A DNA stretch of 40,051 nt from Deltaproteobacteria bacterium (GTDB taxonomy: Bacteria > Campylobacterota_A > Desulfurellia > JAGGSF01). Both the position numbers and the translations under genes were made by a program. Of this stretch, positions 1 to 9,194 are shown piece after piece; position 1 is the first letter of the stretch; every line of letters starts with the position of its first letter. Below the pieces are notes generated by a model that was not told the DNA's origin, did no database searches, and saw only the letters and a program-made list of their open reading frames with translations. The DNA lies in contig JAGGSF010000080.1 of assembly GCA_021159235.1 (NCBI GenBank), positions 1-40,051 on the forward strand, given 5' to 3'.

Positions 1-93
1 GTACTTTGCGACGAAAAGCGTTAAGATGTTTATTATTACCAAAATAATCATACAAGTCGCTATTATAAGTAATGGAACATTTATTGTTTCCAT
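1..93 (-). CDS. Partial CDS: N-terminus of a hydrophobic (membrane) protein that runs off the left edge
   Basis: ATG at 93-91 (minus) is preceded by a purine-rich SD-like AAGGGGGAAAAG. The translation METINVPLLIIATCMIILVIINILTLFVAKY looks like a TM helix, and the frame stays open to the window edge. It is absent from the ORF track because it is truncated. Confidence 0.3.
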   Translation of the reverse strand, partial: METINVPLLIIATCMIILVIINILTLFVAKY

Positions 94-113
94 CTTTTCC
101 CCCTTATTGTATT

Positions 114-141
114 ATTATACCTGTAAAAAATAGCAAATCAA
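114..141 (-). promoter_or_regulatory. Sigma70-like promoter candidate for the left-edge membrane protein gene
   Basis: On the minus strand: TTGATT (141-136), 16-nt spacer, TATAAT (119-114). It sits about 20 nt upstream of the ATG at 93. Confidence 0.35.
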
Positions 142-170
142 CGGAGAGATTAAATATATACAGGAAGGTT

Positions 171-204
171 AAAAGCAGGCAGGAGCAGACATGCTCCTGC
201 CTGC
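171..204 (-). terminator. Rho-independent terminator downstream of fumC
   Basis: Perfect 13-bp inverted repeat GCAGGCAGGAGCA / TGCTCCTGCCTGC (175-187 and 192-204) with a 4-nt loop. On the minus strand it is followed by TTTT (174-171). It starts 4 nt after the fumC stop codon (209-211). Confidence 0.7.
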
Positions 205-208
205 AGGT

Positions 209-1609
209 TTAAGAAACTTTGTAAGGAGTTATCATCTTACGAGGATCAACTATTTCATCGTATTCCTTCTCTGTTACAAAACCCGTTTGGAGCGCAGCCT
301 CTTTCAAGGTGAGTCCCTTCTCATCGGCAAGATGAGCAATTTTAGATGCCTTATCGTATCCTATGGCACGAGACAAGGGTGTGACCAGCATCAAATCATT
401 CTTTAAGAAGTAATCAATCTTCTCTGTGTTTGCCTCTATGCCTGCAGCGCAGTTCTTGTTGAAGCTTTCGCACATATCGCCTAAAAGTCTTATGGATTGT
501 AACAGATTATATATCAAAACAGGTTTATACATATTTAGCTCTAATCCAAGACCTGAACCTGCCATGTTTATAGCCACATCGTTGCCTATTACCTGACAAC
601 AAACCTGTGTCATCGCTTCGCACTGTGTCGGATTGACCTTTCCTGGCATAATAGAGCTTCCTGGTTCATTGGCAGGAATCCTTATTTCACCAATGCCGCA
701 GCGTGGGCCGCAGGATAGTATCCTTATATCGTTGGCTATCTTTCTCAGACTGCAGGCCAGTGTCTTCAGTGCACCACTGGCTTCAACGATTGCACTATGA
801 GATGCCAGAGCCGCGAACTTGTTGGGTGCAGGGACAAAATCAATGCCCGTTTCCTTTGAAATCTCTTCTGCCGCTATTACGTCAAAGCCTTCAGGTGAAT
901 TCACACCTGTGCCCACTGCTGTTCCACCTAAAGCCAGTTGTTTTAAGTGAGTTAAACTATTTTCAATGGCTTCTATGCCCTGGTCAATCTGATTGACATA
1001 ACCTGAAAACTCCTGTCCTAAGGTAAGAGGTGTAGCATCCTGCAGGTGTGTTCTTCCTACTTTTATGATATCCTTGAATTCTTCTGATTTTTTGTTTAAC
1101 ACATCCCTTAACCCCTTTACCTTCGGAATAAGTTCTTCTATTATTGCCTTTGTTGCAGCGATATACATGGCAGTAGGAAATGTATCATTTGAAGATTGTG
1201 ACTTATTCACATGGTCGTTGGGATGAACAGGACTTTTGGTACCACGTTCCTTGACACCCAGTATCTCATTTGCCCTGTTTGAAATGACTTCATTGACATT
1301 CATATTAGTTTGAGTGCCGCTCCCTGTTTGCCATACCACCAGGGGAAATTGGTCGTCCAGCTTTCCTTCTATAACCTCATCTGCCGCTTTACATATGGCA
1401 TCTTTGAGCTTTTCATCCAGCACGCCTAACTTACAGTTCGCTATTGCGGCAGCCTTCTTTAGAATACCGAATGCTCTGATAACCTCTATCGGTATCTTTT
1501 CTCCACCTATCCTGAAATTTTGCAGTGAACGTTGGGTTTGTGCACCCCAATATTTGTCCTCTTCTACTTCAATGCTACCCAGAGCATCCGTTTCAATTCT
1601 CTTTGCCAT
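209..1609 (-). CDS. fumC: Fumarate hydratase, class II
   Basis: Carries the fumarase/aspartase superfamily signature [16 protein letters not shown] (FumC-type continuation) and an N-terminal YWGAQTQRS motif. I trimmed the start to ATG 1609 (MAKRIETD...), which has GGAGGA 4 nt upstream. The longer ORF-track start at 1660 has no SD. Confidence 0.9.
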   Translation of the reverse strand: MAKRIETDALGSIEVEEDKYWGAQTQRSLQNFRIGGEKIPIEVIRAFGILKKAAAIANCKLGVLDEKLKDAICKAADEVIEGKLDDQFPLVVWQTGSGTQTNMNVNEVISNRANEILGVKERGTKSPVHPNDHVNKSQSSNDTFPTAMYIAATKAIIEELIPKVKGLRDVLNKKSEEFKDIIKVGRTHLQDATPLTLGQEFSGYVNQIDQGIEAIENSLTHLKQLALGGTAVGTGVNSPEGFDVIAAEEISKETGIDFVPAPNKFAALASHSAIVEASGALKTLACSLRKIANDIRILSCGPRCGIGEIRIPANEPGSSIMPGKVNPTQCEAMTQVCCQVIGNDVAINMAGSGLGLELNMYKPVLIYNLLQSIRLLGDMCESFNKNCAAGIEANTEKIDYFLKNDLMLVTPLSRAIGYDKASKIAHLADEKGLTLKEAALQTGFVTEKEYDEIVDPRKMITPYKVS

Positions 1610-1643
1610 GACATCCTCCTTTAAAATAAGATTCAATATATTT

Positions 1644-1671
1644 ATTTTATCATTTTTCAAGGCTTTTGCAA
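1644..1671 (-). promoter_or_regulatory. Sigma70-like promoter candidate for fumC
   Basis: Minus strand: TTGCAA (1671-1666), 16 nt, TAAAAT (1649-1644), in the 66-nt gap between the GT4 stop and the fumC start. Confidence 0.3.
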
Positions 1672-1675
1672 TATT

Positions 1676-2722
1676 TTATCCTGCTTTCAAAATGGGTTTT
1701 GTTATAATCATTTTTCTGTAGATTTTGAGATAGTTTCTTGCCATGCGAGAAGCGGTGAATCTTTCTTCAAATGCCTTTCTGCAGTCTTCGCGATTCAAGC
1801 TTGATGTTTTTTCCACTGCTTTCACTGCATCTTCTATACTTTCTACTATGAATCCTGTAACTCCATCTTCTATCACCTCAGGCACGGAACCGCATCTCCA
1901 GGCAATTACCGGTGTACCACAGGCTAAGGATTCTATCATAACCAAGCCAAAAGGTTCAGGCCAATCAATGGGGAAAATTAGTGCATAAGCATTACCTAAG
2001 AATTCATCTTTTTCCTTTTCTCCTATTTCACCCATAAATTCTGCATAGGGACTTTTAAGCAGTGGTTTAATTTTATCCTTAAAATATTCTTTATCGGCTT
2101 CATCTACTTTTGCAGCAATCTTCAGTTTCATGCCCACCCTTTCAGCGATCTCTATCGCTCTATCCACCCTTTTTTCAGGACATATCCTGCCTAAGAATGC
2201 CAGATATTCGCCGGGTTTTTCATGAAAGCTGTACAGATCTTCTGGCAATCCATGATATACTGTGCCCTGCCAGTTGAGCCAGGGAAGGGGTTTTCTCTGG
2301 TTATTTGAAATAGAGATTACAGGTATATCTTCAAAATTTCTATAGAAGAGTAGGTAATCTTTCAAATCCAGTCTTCCGTGAAGGGTAGTAACAGTAGGCG
2401 TATTGCATGTTCTTACCAACGGGAAATGAAGATAGTCAATATGGAAGTGAATAATATCAAAATAGGAAGACATCTCAAATACCTTTTGAACCATGAGAAC
2501 ATGATAACATATTTTATCTTTGCAGCTTTCATCCAATCTAAGAGATCTTTCGCAGAGGGGGACGAGATGGGCACGAGTAATAGAATCTCCACTGGCAAAA
2601 AGTGTTACATCATGTCCTTCTTTTACCAGTTCCTCTACCAGATAGGAAACAACCCTTTCTGTTCCTCCATAATACTTCGGGGGCACACTTTCATACAGGG
2701 GTGAAACCTGCGCAATTCTCAT
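1676..2722 (-). CDS. Glycosyltransferase family 4 (GT-B, group 1), acceptor unknown
   Basis: 348 aa. N-terminal MRIAQVSPLYESVPPKYYGGTERVV and a C-terminal EX7E-type motif PEPFGLVMIESLACGTPVIAWRCGSVPEVIEDGVTGF are typical of GT4 enzymes. ATG start with GGAG 9 nt upstream. Confidence 0.8.
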   Translation of the reverse strand: MRIAQVSPLYESVPPKYYGGTERVVSYLVEELVKEGHDVTLFASGDSITRAHLVPLCERSLRLDESCKDKICYHVLMVQKVFEMSSYFDIIHFHIDYLHFPLVRTCNTPTVTTLHGRLDLKDYLLFYRNFEDIPVISISNNQRKPLPWLNWQGTVYHGLPEDLYSFHEKPGEYLAFLGRICPEKRVDRAIEIAERVGMKLKIAAKVDEADKEYFKDKIKPLLKSPYAEFMGEIGEKEKDEFLGNAYALIFPIDWPEPFGLVMIESLACGTPVIAWRCGSVPEVIEDGVTGFIVESIEDAVKAVEKTSSLNREDCRKAFEERFTASRMARNYLKIYRKMIITKPILKAG

Positions 2723-2811
2723 ATCATATTACTCCACGATTTAATTTTTCCGAAATGCAACATCATATATAATTCTATTTATGAAAAAGTAAAGTAAGAC
2801 TGAGTTATTTA

Positions 2812-5139
2812 TCAATAATAATATTCTGTTATTAAAGCAGGCATTTCTCTTTCAAAGACATAATCTTCATTTGTTCTAATAGAGGTAAGTTTATCAAAAA
2901 TTCCTATTTCTATCTCTTCTTCTTTAGAAGATACGGCTCTTAATTTTATGGACTCATTTGTCAAATCTAATTTTAACCGCTTACCTTTCCAGAATAAGGA
3001 AAAAATCATCCTCTTCCAGCTTCTTGGCATTCTTGGATCTATAAACAATCTTTCCTCTTTGATGCTTATCCCTGCAAAACCAAAAACAATTGCTTGCCAT
3101 GTTCCTCCCAGACAGGCGCCATGAATTCCATCTTTGGTATTTCCGTATAAATTATTGATGTCTATACATAAGGATACATTAAAGAGGTCATATGCTCGGT
3201 GCAGATCCCGACATTCAAGGGCTAATATTGAGTGTATAGAAGGACTCAGAGAGGATTTATGTAGTGTTCTTTTTATGTAAAAATCGTAGTTTACCTTTTT
3301 TGTCTTTAAATCAAAGTTATCCGATAACAGATACAGGAGCATGAGGGTATCTGCCTGCTTTACCAGTTGAGTTTTAGCCAACTCTTTGATTTTTAACCCC
3401 CTGGGAAGAACAGGCATACCGTTTTCATCTGTCTCCGTCAAAATAACCTTCTTCAATTTAAAGTATCCATCAAATTGCTCAATAACTCCTTCTTTGTTCA
3501 TATTTATAGATATTAGAGAAGCTACCTTTTTCCAGTTTTTTACCTCTTCACATTTCAATTTTAATTTTCTTTGCAGACGTTGAGAGACTGAAGGCGCATC
3601 TTCTCTGATTTTATAAAACATTTTGCGGGCAACTGTTAAATTCCATTTTGCCATCATATTAGTGTAGGCATTGTTGTTTACGTTTACATGGAACTCATCC
3701 GGACCGATGACATGGTTTATCTCATATCTATTTTTCTCTTTGTTGTATTCTGCTCTTGAAACCCAGAATCTCGCTGTTTCAAATAAGACTTCATAACCGT
3801 ATCTTTCCATGAATCTTTCATCACCGGTTGCAATAAAGTAGTTGTATACAGCATAGGCAATATCTGCAGTAATATGATGTTCCATTTTATGGGTATAAAC
3901 TTTTGTTATACTCCCATCGATATCTCTTGCCCAGGCAGGCGTCTCTTCTTCTCCAGTGTCTGCTGATTCCCAGGGAAACATTATCCCTCTAAATTTTAAT
4001 TTTTTAGCAATTTCCCTCGCTCTTTTTAATCTTGAACATCTGTATAACAGAATGTTTTTAGCAATCTTTGGCATTGTAAAGAGATAAAAGGGCATGAGGA
4101 ATATCTCTGCATCCCAGAATATATGTCCCCTGTATCCTTCGCCAGTTAGAGTTCTCGCACCAATGCTGGAGAAGCCATTATCTGCAGGAGCGCAGATAAG
4201 CATGTGATATATATTGAACCGTATATTCTGTTGCAAATCTGCCTTTCCTTCAACTAAAATACCTGCTTTTTGCCAGAGTTTCTCCCAGCTTTTTATATGC
4301 TCTTCAACAAGCACATCAAACTCCGTATGTAAAACCTTGTAGAATTTCTTGAATGCTTCCCTTTTATGTTTGACAATTTTGCTTTGAGATGGGAAACACT
4401 TTATACAGAATATCTTGGTGAATATAATGGTTTGACCCTTTTTTAATTTAATTTTGAGGATGCTGTCTTTGGCAAGGATTTTTCTACCGTTAATCTCATA
4501 ATAAAGACCACTCCAGTATACTATGGTGTGTTTTTTCTCCGGTGTTTGAACCAGTAAATATCCAGCATTTCGAAATTGTCCCAACTCTTTTATCCTGAAA
4601 TGCCGTTTTTGGCCTTCGGTAAGAATAGGGCCATTATAAACGGATGTGTCTATCTGTGTGTTTATATCTATTTCACAGGCACTATCCAGAGGAGTGAGAG
4701 CTATCTGCATTACACCGGTATTCTTGTTTTTCATAGAAACAAATCTCAAACATTGATAATCAAACCGATGCTCCTTGCTACTTTGGTATAAGGTATGACG
4801 CAGAAGAAGTCCCTTTTTAAGATTGAGTATTCTTTGATGCTTAAGAACATCCATTATTCCCAAGGCTATTTTTTCTCCTTCTGCAGTAGCTGTAAAATTG
4901 AATGGATTGGGAAGATTAACCAGCTCAGCAACCTGGGAAAACATTTTGTCGTATACGCCGGCGATATATGTTCCCGGCATAGCACCAAGGGGAATCTCTT
5001 CTAATACTGCCCTTACACCTAAGTATCCATTGCCCAAAGAAAACAGAGCTTCGTGAATATTCTGTAGAGAATGTTCCCACTTATTTTCCTTTATAAGCCA
5101 TGAATCATCATCAATATAATGGGAGTAAAAACCTTTCAT
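2812..5139 (-). CDS. Glycoside hydrolase family 65 disaccharide phosphorylase (kojibiose/trehalose/maltose phosphorylase type)
   Basis: 775 aa, the usual GH65 size and domain order. The N-terminal LFSLGNGYLGVR motif and the central (alpha/alpha)6 region (GHIFWDAEIF, NNNAYTN) are GH65-like. The start overlaps the upstream beta-PGM stop as ATGA, the classic phosphorylase/beta-PGM pairing. Confidence 0.85.
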   Translation of the reverse strand: MKGFYSHYIDDDSWLIKENKWEHSLQNIHEALFSLGNGYLGVRAVLEEIPLGAMPGTYIAGVYDKMFSQVAELVNLPNPFNFTATAEGEKIALGIMDVLKHQRILNLKKGLLLRHTLYQSSKEHRFDYQCLRFVSMKNKNTGVMQIALTPLDSACEIDINTQIDTSVYNGPILTEGQKRHFRIKELGQFRNAGYLLVQTPEKKHTIVYWSGLYYEINGRKILAKDSILKIKLKKGQTIIFTKIFCIKCFPSQSKIVKHKREAFKKFYKVLHTEFDVLVEEHIKSWEKLWQKAGILVEGKADLQQNIRFNIYHMLICAPADNGFSSIGARTLTGEGYRGHIFWDAEIFLMPFYLFTMPKIAKNILLYRCSRLKRAREIAKKLKFRGIMFPWESADTGEEETPAWARDIDGSITKVYTHKMEHHITADIAYAVYNYFIATGDERFMERYGYEVLFETARFWVSRAEYNKEKNRYEINHVIGPDEFHVNVNNNAYTNMMAKWNLTVARKMFYKIREDAPSVSQRLQRKLKLKCEEVKNWKKVASLISINMNKEGVIEQFDGYFKLKKVILTETDENGMPVLPRGLKIKELAKTQLVKQADTLMLLYLLSDNFDLKTKKVNYDFYIKRTLHKSSLSPSIHSILALECRDLHRAYDLFNVSLCIDINNLYGNTKDGIHGACLGGTWQAIVFGFAGISIKEERLFIDPRMPRSWKRMIFSLFWKGKRLKLDLTNESIKLRAVSSKEEEIEIGIFDKLTSIRTNEDYVFEREMPALITEYYY

Positions 5140-5789
5140 GATGAGACCAGTTGTTTCAACTGTTCGATACTTATCTGACTTACATCGGATATCACTAAAT
5201 CAGCTTCTTTTAACCTCTCTGGGTTGTTATACCTGTCTATTCCAATGCATTTTGTGCCCGCTGTTTTTGCTGCTTCTACACCCAATACTGCATCTTCAAA
5301 CACCACACATCGTTCTGGAGTTGAGTTTAGTCTGTCAATAGCCAGTAGAAAGGCATCGGGATGAGGTTTCCCCCTTTTTATATCGTTACCGGTAATTATT
5401 ACATCAAATAGGTTATCTATATTAGCCTTCTTCAAGATATAAAGGCAGTTTTTGCTGGAAGAGATTACTGCCACTTTTATACCTTCTTTCCTTAAGTTTT
5501 TTATTAAATTTAATGTGCTTTCATAAACCTTTACTCCTTCTTTCTCTAAAAACTCCAGGAAATAGTCTTGTTTCTTTGAAGCTGCTTTTTTTAATTCTTC
5601 TTGTGACAAATGAGACAGAATGGCTCTTGCTCCATCTATTCTGGGTATGCCATCTACTTTTTCTTTGTAATCTTGAAAGCTAAAATCTTTTCCGTATTCA
5701 GAAAACATCTTCTTCCAGGCTTTAAAGTGTAAAGGAACTGTATCTACAACAACTCCGTCTAAATCAAATATCACCGCTTCTAAACTCAT
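5136..5789 (-). CDS. pgmB: Beta-phosphoglucomutase (HAD superfamily)
   Basis: 217 aa. HAD motif I is FDLDGVVVDT and the C-terminal motif is FEDAVLGVEAAKTAG. It is translationally coupled to the GH65 phosphorylase. Confidence 0.75.
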   Translation of the reverse strand: MSLEAVIFDLDGVVVDTVPLHFKAWKKMFSEYGKDFSFQDYKEKVDGIPRIDGARAILSHLSQEELKKAASKKQDYFLEFLEKEGVKVYESTLNLIKNLRKEGIKVAVISSSKNCLYILKKANIDNLFDVIITGNDIKRGKPHPDAFLLAIDRLNSTPERCVVFEDAVLGVEAAKTAGTKCIGIDRYNNPERLKEADLVISDVSQISIEQLKQLVSS

Positions 5790-5868
5790 ATTTTTTATAA
5801 TAGTATTTTTCGCTTATTCACACCAGTAGGAATTTGTATCAGCTGTGCTTTCATGATAGAATAAAAAT

Positions 5869-7062
5869 ATGAAGACGGTCTATTCTGTAACAGAGCTCAC
5901 CACACGTATAAAAGATCTTCTGGAAGAAAATTTCCGCAGGGTGTGGGTAGAGGGAGAAATAAACAATTTCAAACATCATTCCTCTGGACATATGTATTTT
6001 TCATTACAGGATGAAAAAAGCAGTATACGGGCGGTAATCTATAGGACTACAGCACAAAGGATAGGATTTTTGCCAAAGAATGGAATGAAGGTTGTTGCTA
6101 TGGGTAATATCGGTGTCTATCCTCCACGGGGTGAATATCAGCTCATCGTAGGGTACATTGAACCTGAAGGATTGGGAGCAAAACAACTTGCTTTTGAGGA
6201 GTTGAAGAAAGAATTAGAAAAAAAGGGTTATTTTGAACATAAAAAACCCATTCCTCCTTTTCCCAAGAAAATTATAGTGGTAACCTCTCCTACTGGTGCA
6301 GCTGTTAGAGACATTGTCAATATTATTTCACGAAGGGCAAGAGGTGTTGAGCTTTACATCTATCCGGTGCAGGTTCAGGGAGAAACAGCAAAATATGAGA
6401 TAATACAGGCTCTCAGCAAAATAAACACGGGTTTTATAGATGCAGATGTGGTGATTTTATCCCGAGGAGGGGGTTCGTGGGAAGATTTGTGGACATTCAA
6501 CGAAAGGGAGATAGCGGAAGCAATTCATGCCTGTCGTTATCCTTTAATCAGTGCTATAGGTCATGAGATAGATTTTACCATTGCAGATTTCGTTGCAGAC
6601 TTGCGTGCACCCACCCCTTCTGCTGCAGCAGAACTGGTTGTAAAGAACAGGTTTGAACTTTTGGAAAAGATAGATTTGATCAGGGATAGTATAAAAAACA
6701 ATGCTTTGAAGATGTTTGAAATGAGAAAGAGGGAATATGACCTTACCTGGGGAGAAAAGAACATACTTAGGTTTGTTTCCTCATTGCAGGATAGGATGAG
6801 GAAAGTTGATGATTTAGAGGAAAAAATAATTAGAGAAATAAACATTGTATATGAAAGAAAAAGGGAAAAACTTAAAGGACTAAAAGAGAAATTGTGTGCG
6901 CTTAACCCTGCCTCTATCTTAAGAAGGGGTTATTCTATAACCTATGATGAAAGTGGACGGATAATAAAAACTGTGAAAAGTATTATTCCTGAGTCTACAT
7001 TAAAGACACAGCTGCAAGATGGTGTTGTTAAGTCCAGGGTAGAGAAAATCTTTCTACAATAA
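5869..7062 (+). CDS. xseA: Exodeoxyribonuclease VII large subunit
   Basis: 397 aa. The N-terminal OB-fold region (YSVTELTTRIKDLLEENFRRVWVEGEINNFKHHSSGHMYFSLQDE) and the catalytic core (RGGGSWEDLWTFNE, IGHEIDFTIADFVAD) are typical of XseA. Confidence 0.9.
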   Translation: MKTVYSVTELTTRIKDLLEENFRRVWVEGEINNFKHHSSGHMYFSLQDEKSSIRAVIYRTTAQRIGFLPKNGMKVVAMGNIGVYPPRGEYQLIVGYIEPEGLGAKQLAFEELKKELEKKGYFEHKKPIPPFPKKIIVVTSPTGAAVRDIVNIISRRARGVELYIYPVQVQGETAKYEIIQALSKINTGFIDADVVILSRGGGSWEDLWTFNEREIAEAIHACRYPLISAIGHEIDFTIADFVADLRAPTPSAAAELVVKNRFELLEKIDLIRDSIKNNALKMFEMRKREYDLTWGEKNILRFVSSLQDRMRKVDDLEEKIIREINIVYERKREKLKGLKEKLCALNPASILRRGYSITYDESGRIIKTVKSIIPESTLKTQLQDGVVKSRVEKIFLQ

Positions 7063-7960
7063 TGCCTTCCCTTAAGCCTCCATCGGTGGAGATAATCTCA
7101 TCTTTCCTGTACAAATTCAGCAATTCCTCCAGGAATATGCATCCTGATACAATTACATCTTCCCTTCCTTTTTCTAATATAGGAAAATGATGCAGTCTTT
7201 CCTTTGCAGTTAATCTTACCATCTTCTCTCTTAATTTTTCTATCTCCTTTTTCCTTAGATGAAATCCTGTGGTTTTTTCCCAATCATATTCCTTGAGTTT
7301 TAAAGCAATGGCAGAAAGAGTGGTTACTGTTCCTGCATCACCAATGATATCTCTTATTGGATAGCTCAAGAAATCCTTTAATGATTCAGACAATGTATGT
7401 CCAATAAAATCCCTTAATTTGTCTAATTCTTTCTTTACTGGAGGATCATGTAATAAGAAGGATTCTGTGAGTTTTACCACTCCTTGAGGGATGCTTAAGA
7501 CATGTTTTATTCCTCTATCAAAGATGACGAATTCCGTGCTTCCACCGCCTAAATCAAAAAAGAGATTGGTGTTGTTCAGTTTATATTTCTCTTTGAGCAG
7601 AAATAGAGCACCCTTTGTAGTAAGTTCTGCTTCTTTCTTTCCGGTAATAATCTCTGGTGAAAAACCCATTTTCTTTACCTTTTTTAAGAAGACATCCCTG
7701 TTTTCTGCTTCTCTCAATGCACTGGTGGCTAAAAATGATACCTCTCGGACCTGAAATTCATCTATCTTTTTTTTGAATCCTTCAAGTGCAGATATTGTTC
7801 TTTCCATAGCTGAGACTTTAAGCAATTTCTGTTTAGATATACTCTCTCCTGTTCTGACCAATACATTTTGTGAAAAAAGGGGATATATTTTATTTTCCTT
7901 TACATCGGCGATGAGTATTCTCAGTGTATTTGTTCCCAGGTCTATGGACGCTATTCTCAT
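7028..7960 (-). CDS. Ppx/GppA family phosphatase (exopolyphosphatase / pppGpp phosphohydrolase), short form
   Basis: 310 aa. ASKHA-fold N-terminus MRIASIDLGTNTLRILIADV and a second phosphate motif DLGGGSTEF. The start overlaps the PiT stop (ATGA). Confidence 0.85.
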   Translation of the reverse strand: MRIASIDLGTNTLRILIADVKENKIYPLFSQNVLVRTGESISKQKLLKVSAMERTISALEGFKKKIDEFQVREVSFLATSALREAENRDVFLKKVKKMGFSPEIITGKKEAELTTKGALFLLKEKYKLNNTNLFFDLGGGSTEFVIFDRGIKHVLSIPQGVVKLTESFLLHDPPVKKELDKLRDFIGHTLSESLKDFLSYPIRDIIGDAGTVTTLSAIALKLKEYDWEKTTGFHLRKKEIEKLREKMVRLTAKERLHHFPILEKGREDVIVSGCIFLEELLNLYRKDEIISTDGGLREGIIVERFSLPWT

Positions 7961-9192
7961 CTAAAAAACATTCCTAAAATGAGGTATATTACAATGGATA
8001 AAACCATCGCTATAGGCACAGTTAAGATCCAGGCTAAGGAAATATCTTTGATGACCTTTAGGTTTAAGGATGCTATACCTCTGGCCAGACCTACGCCAAT
8101 CACAGCACCAACCAGGGTATGGGTAGTGGATACGGGAAGACCCAGCCTGGAACAGAGCAAAACAGTGGTGGCTGCAGCAAGTTCTGCCGAAAATCCCCTT
8201 GAAGGATTCATGCCGGTGATCTTTCTTCCAATGACAATGATCACTCTAAATCCATAGGTAGCCAGTCCAGCAACGATGCCCAAAGCTCCTGTACCCAAAA
8301 CCCACACCGGTACATAGACCTCTGATACACCTTCTGTAAATTTATATGCAAATACTGCTCCTGCTAATGGTCCTACGGCATTGGCTACATCGTTTGCCCC
8401 ATGAGAAAAAGCCATGGAACAAGCAGTCATTATCTGCAATCCTTTAAATATACGTTCTACCTGAGGATACCTTTTCTTGTAAGATACCTCTCTCACCTCC
8501 ACCTTAGCGGTAAGCGTCTTGGTTATAAAAAATGTAATAGCTGAAATAATAAGAGCAATAAGCAGTACCTTGTTAAATGAGAGACACAGGTGTAGGTTTT
8601 TTAAACCTTTATAAAAAATGGCAAAACTAAGTATTAAAATAACTGAGGATGACAGATAAGGTGCATATTTCTTGGCGGCGACAACGGGTTTTTCCACCTG
8701 AAGAATCAATCTTTTTACAAAAGAAAAGATGAGAAAGGCAATAATTGCTCCCGTCAGGGGAGAGATGATCCAGCTTAGTACAATTTGCAGAACTTTTGCC
8801 CAATGAATGGAGGAAAATCCGCTTCCCACAATACCAAACCCCATGACTGCACCCACTATAGAATGAGTGGTAGAAACAGGCATACCTGAACGGGAGGCGA
8901 TGTTCAGCCAGATGGCAGCAGCAAGCAAGCTGGATACCATGCCCAGTGCAAATGTATTAGCTGCATAGCTTGTAGGGCTGACTATCCCTTTAGCAATGGT
9001 GCCTGTAACATGACTGCCTACAAGCACAGCACCGGCGAACTCAAATATGGCAGCGACTATTATCGCCTGTTTAAATGAGAGAGCGCGTGAGCCAACAGAT
9101 GTACCCATAGCATTGGCTACATCATTTGCTCCTATATTCCACGCCATGTAAAGTGCAAAGATGGTAGCAAGGATAAGGAGAGTGCTGTGCAT
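7957..9192 (-). CDS. pit: Inorganic phosphate transporter, PiT family
   Basis: 411 aa, polytopic. It contains the duplicated PiT signature GANDVANAMGTSVG / GANDVANAVGPLAG. Confidence 0.9.
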   Translation of the reverse strand: MHSTLLILATIFALYMAWNIGANDVANAMGTSVGSRALSFKQAIIVAAIFEFAGAVLVGSHVTGTIAKGIVSPTSYAANTFALGMVSSLLAAAIWLNIASRSGMPVSTTHSIVGAVMGFGIVGSGFSSIHWAKVLQIVLSWIISPLTGAIIAFLIFSFVKRLILQVEKPVVAAKKYAPYLSSSVILILSFAIFYKGLKNLHLCLSFNKVLLIALIISAITFFITKTLTAKVEVREVSYKKRYPQVERIFKGLQIMTACSMAFSHGANDVANAVGPLAGAVFAYKFTEGVSEVYVPVWVLGTGALGIVAGLATYGFRVIIVIGRKITGMNPSRGFSAELAAATTVLLCSRLGLPVSTTHTLVGAVIGVGLARGIASLNLKVIKDISLAWILTVPIAMVLSIVIYLILGMFFR

Positions 9193-9194
9193 AT

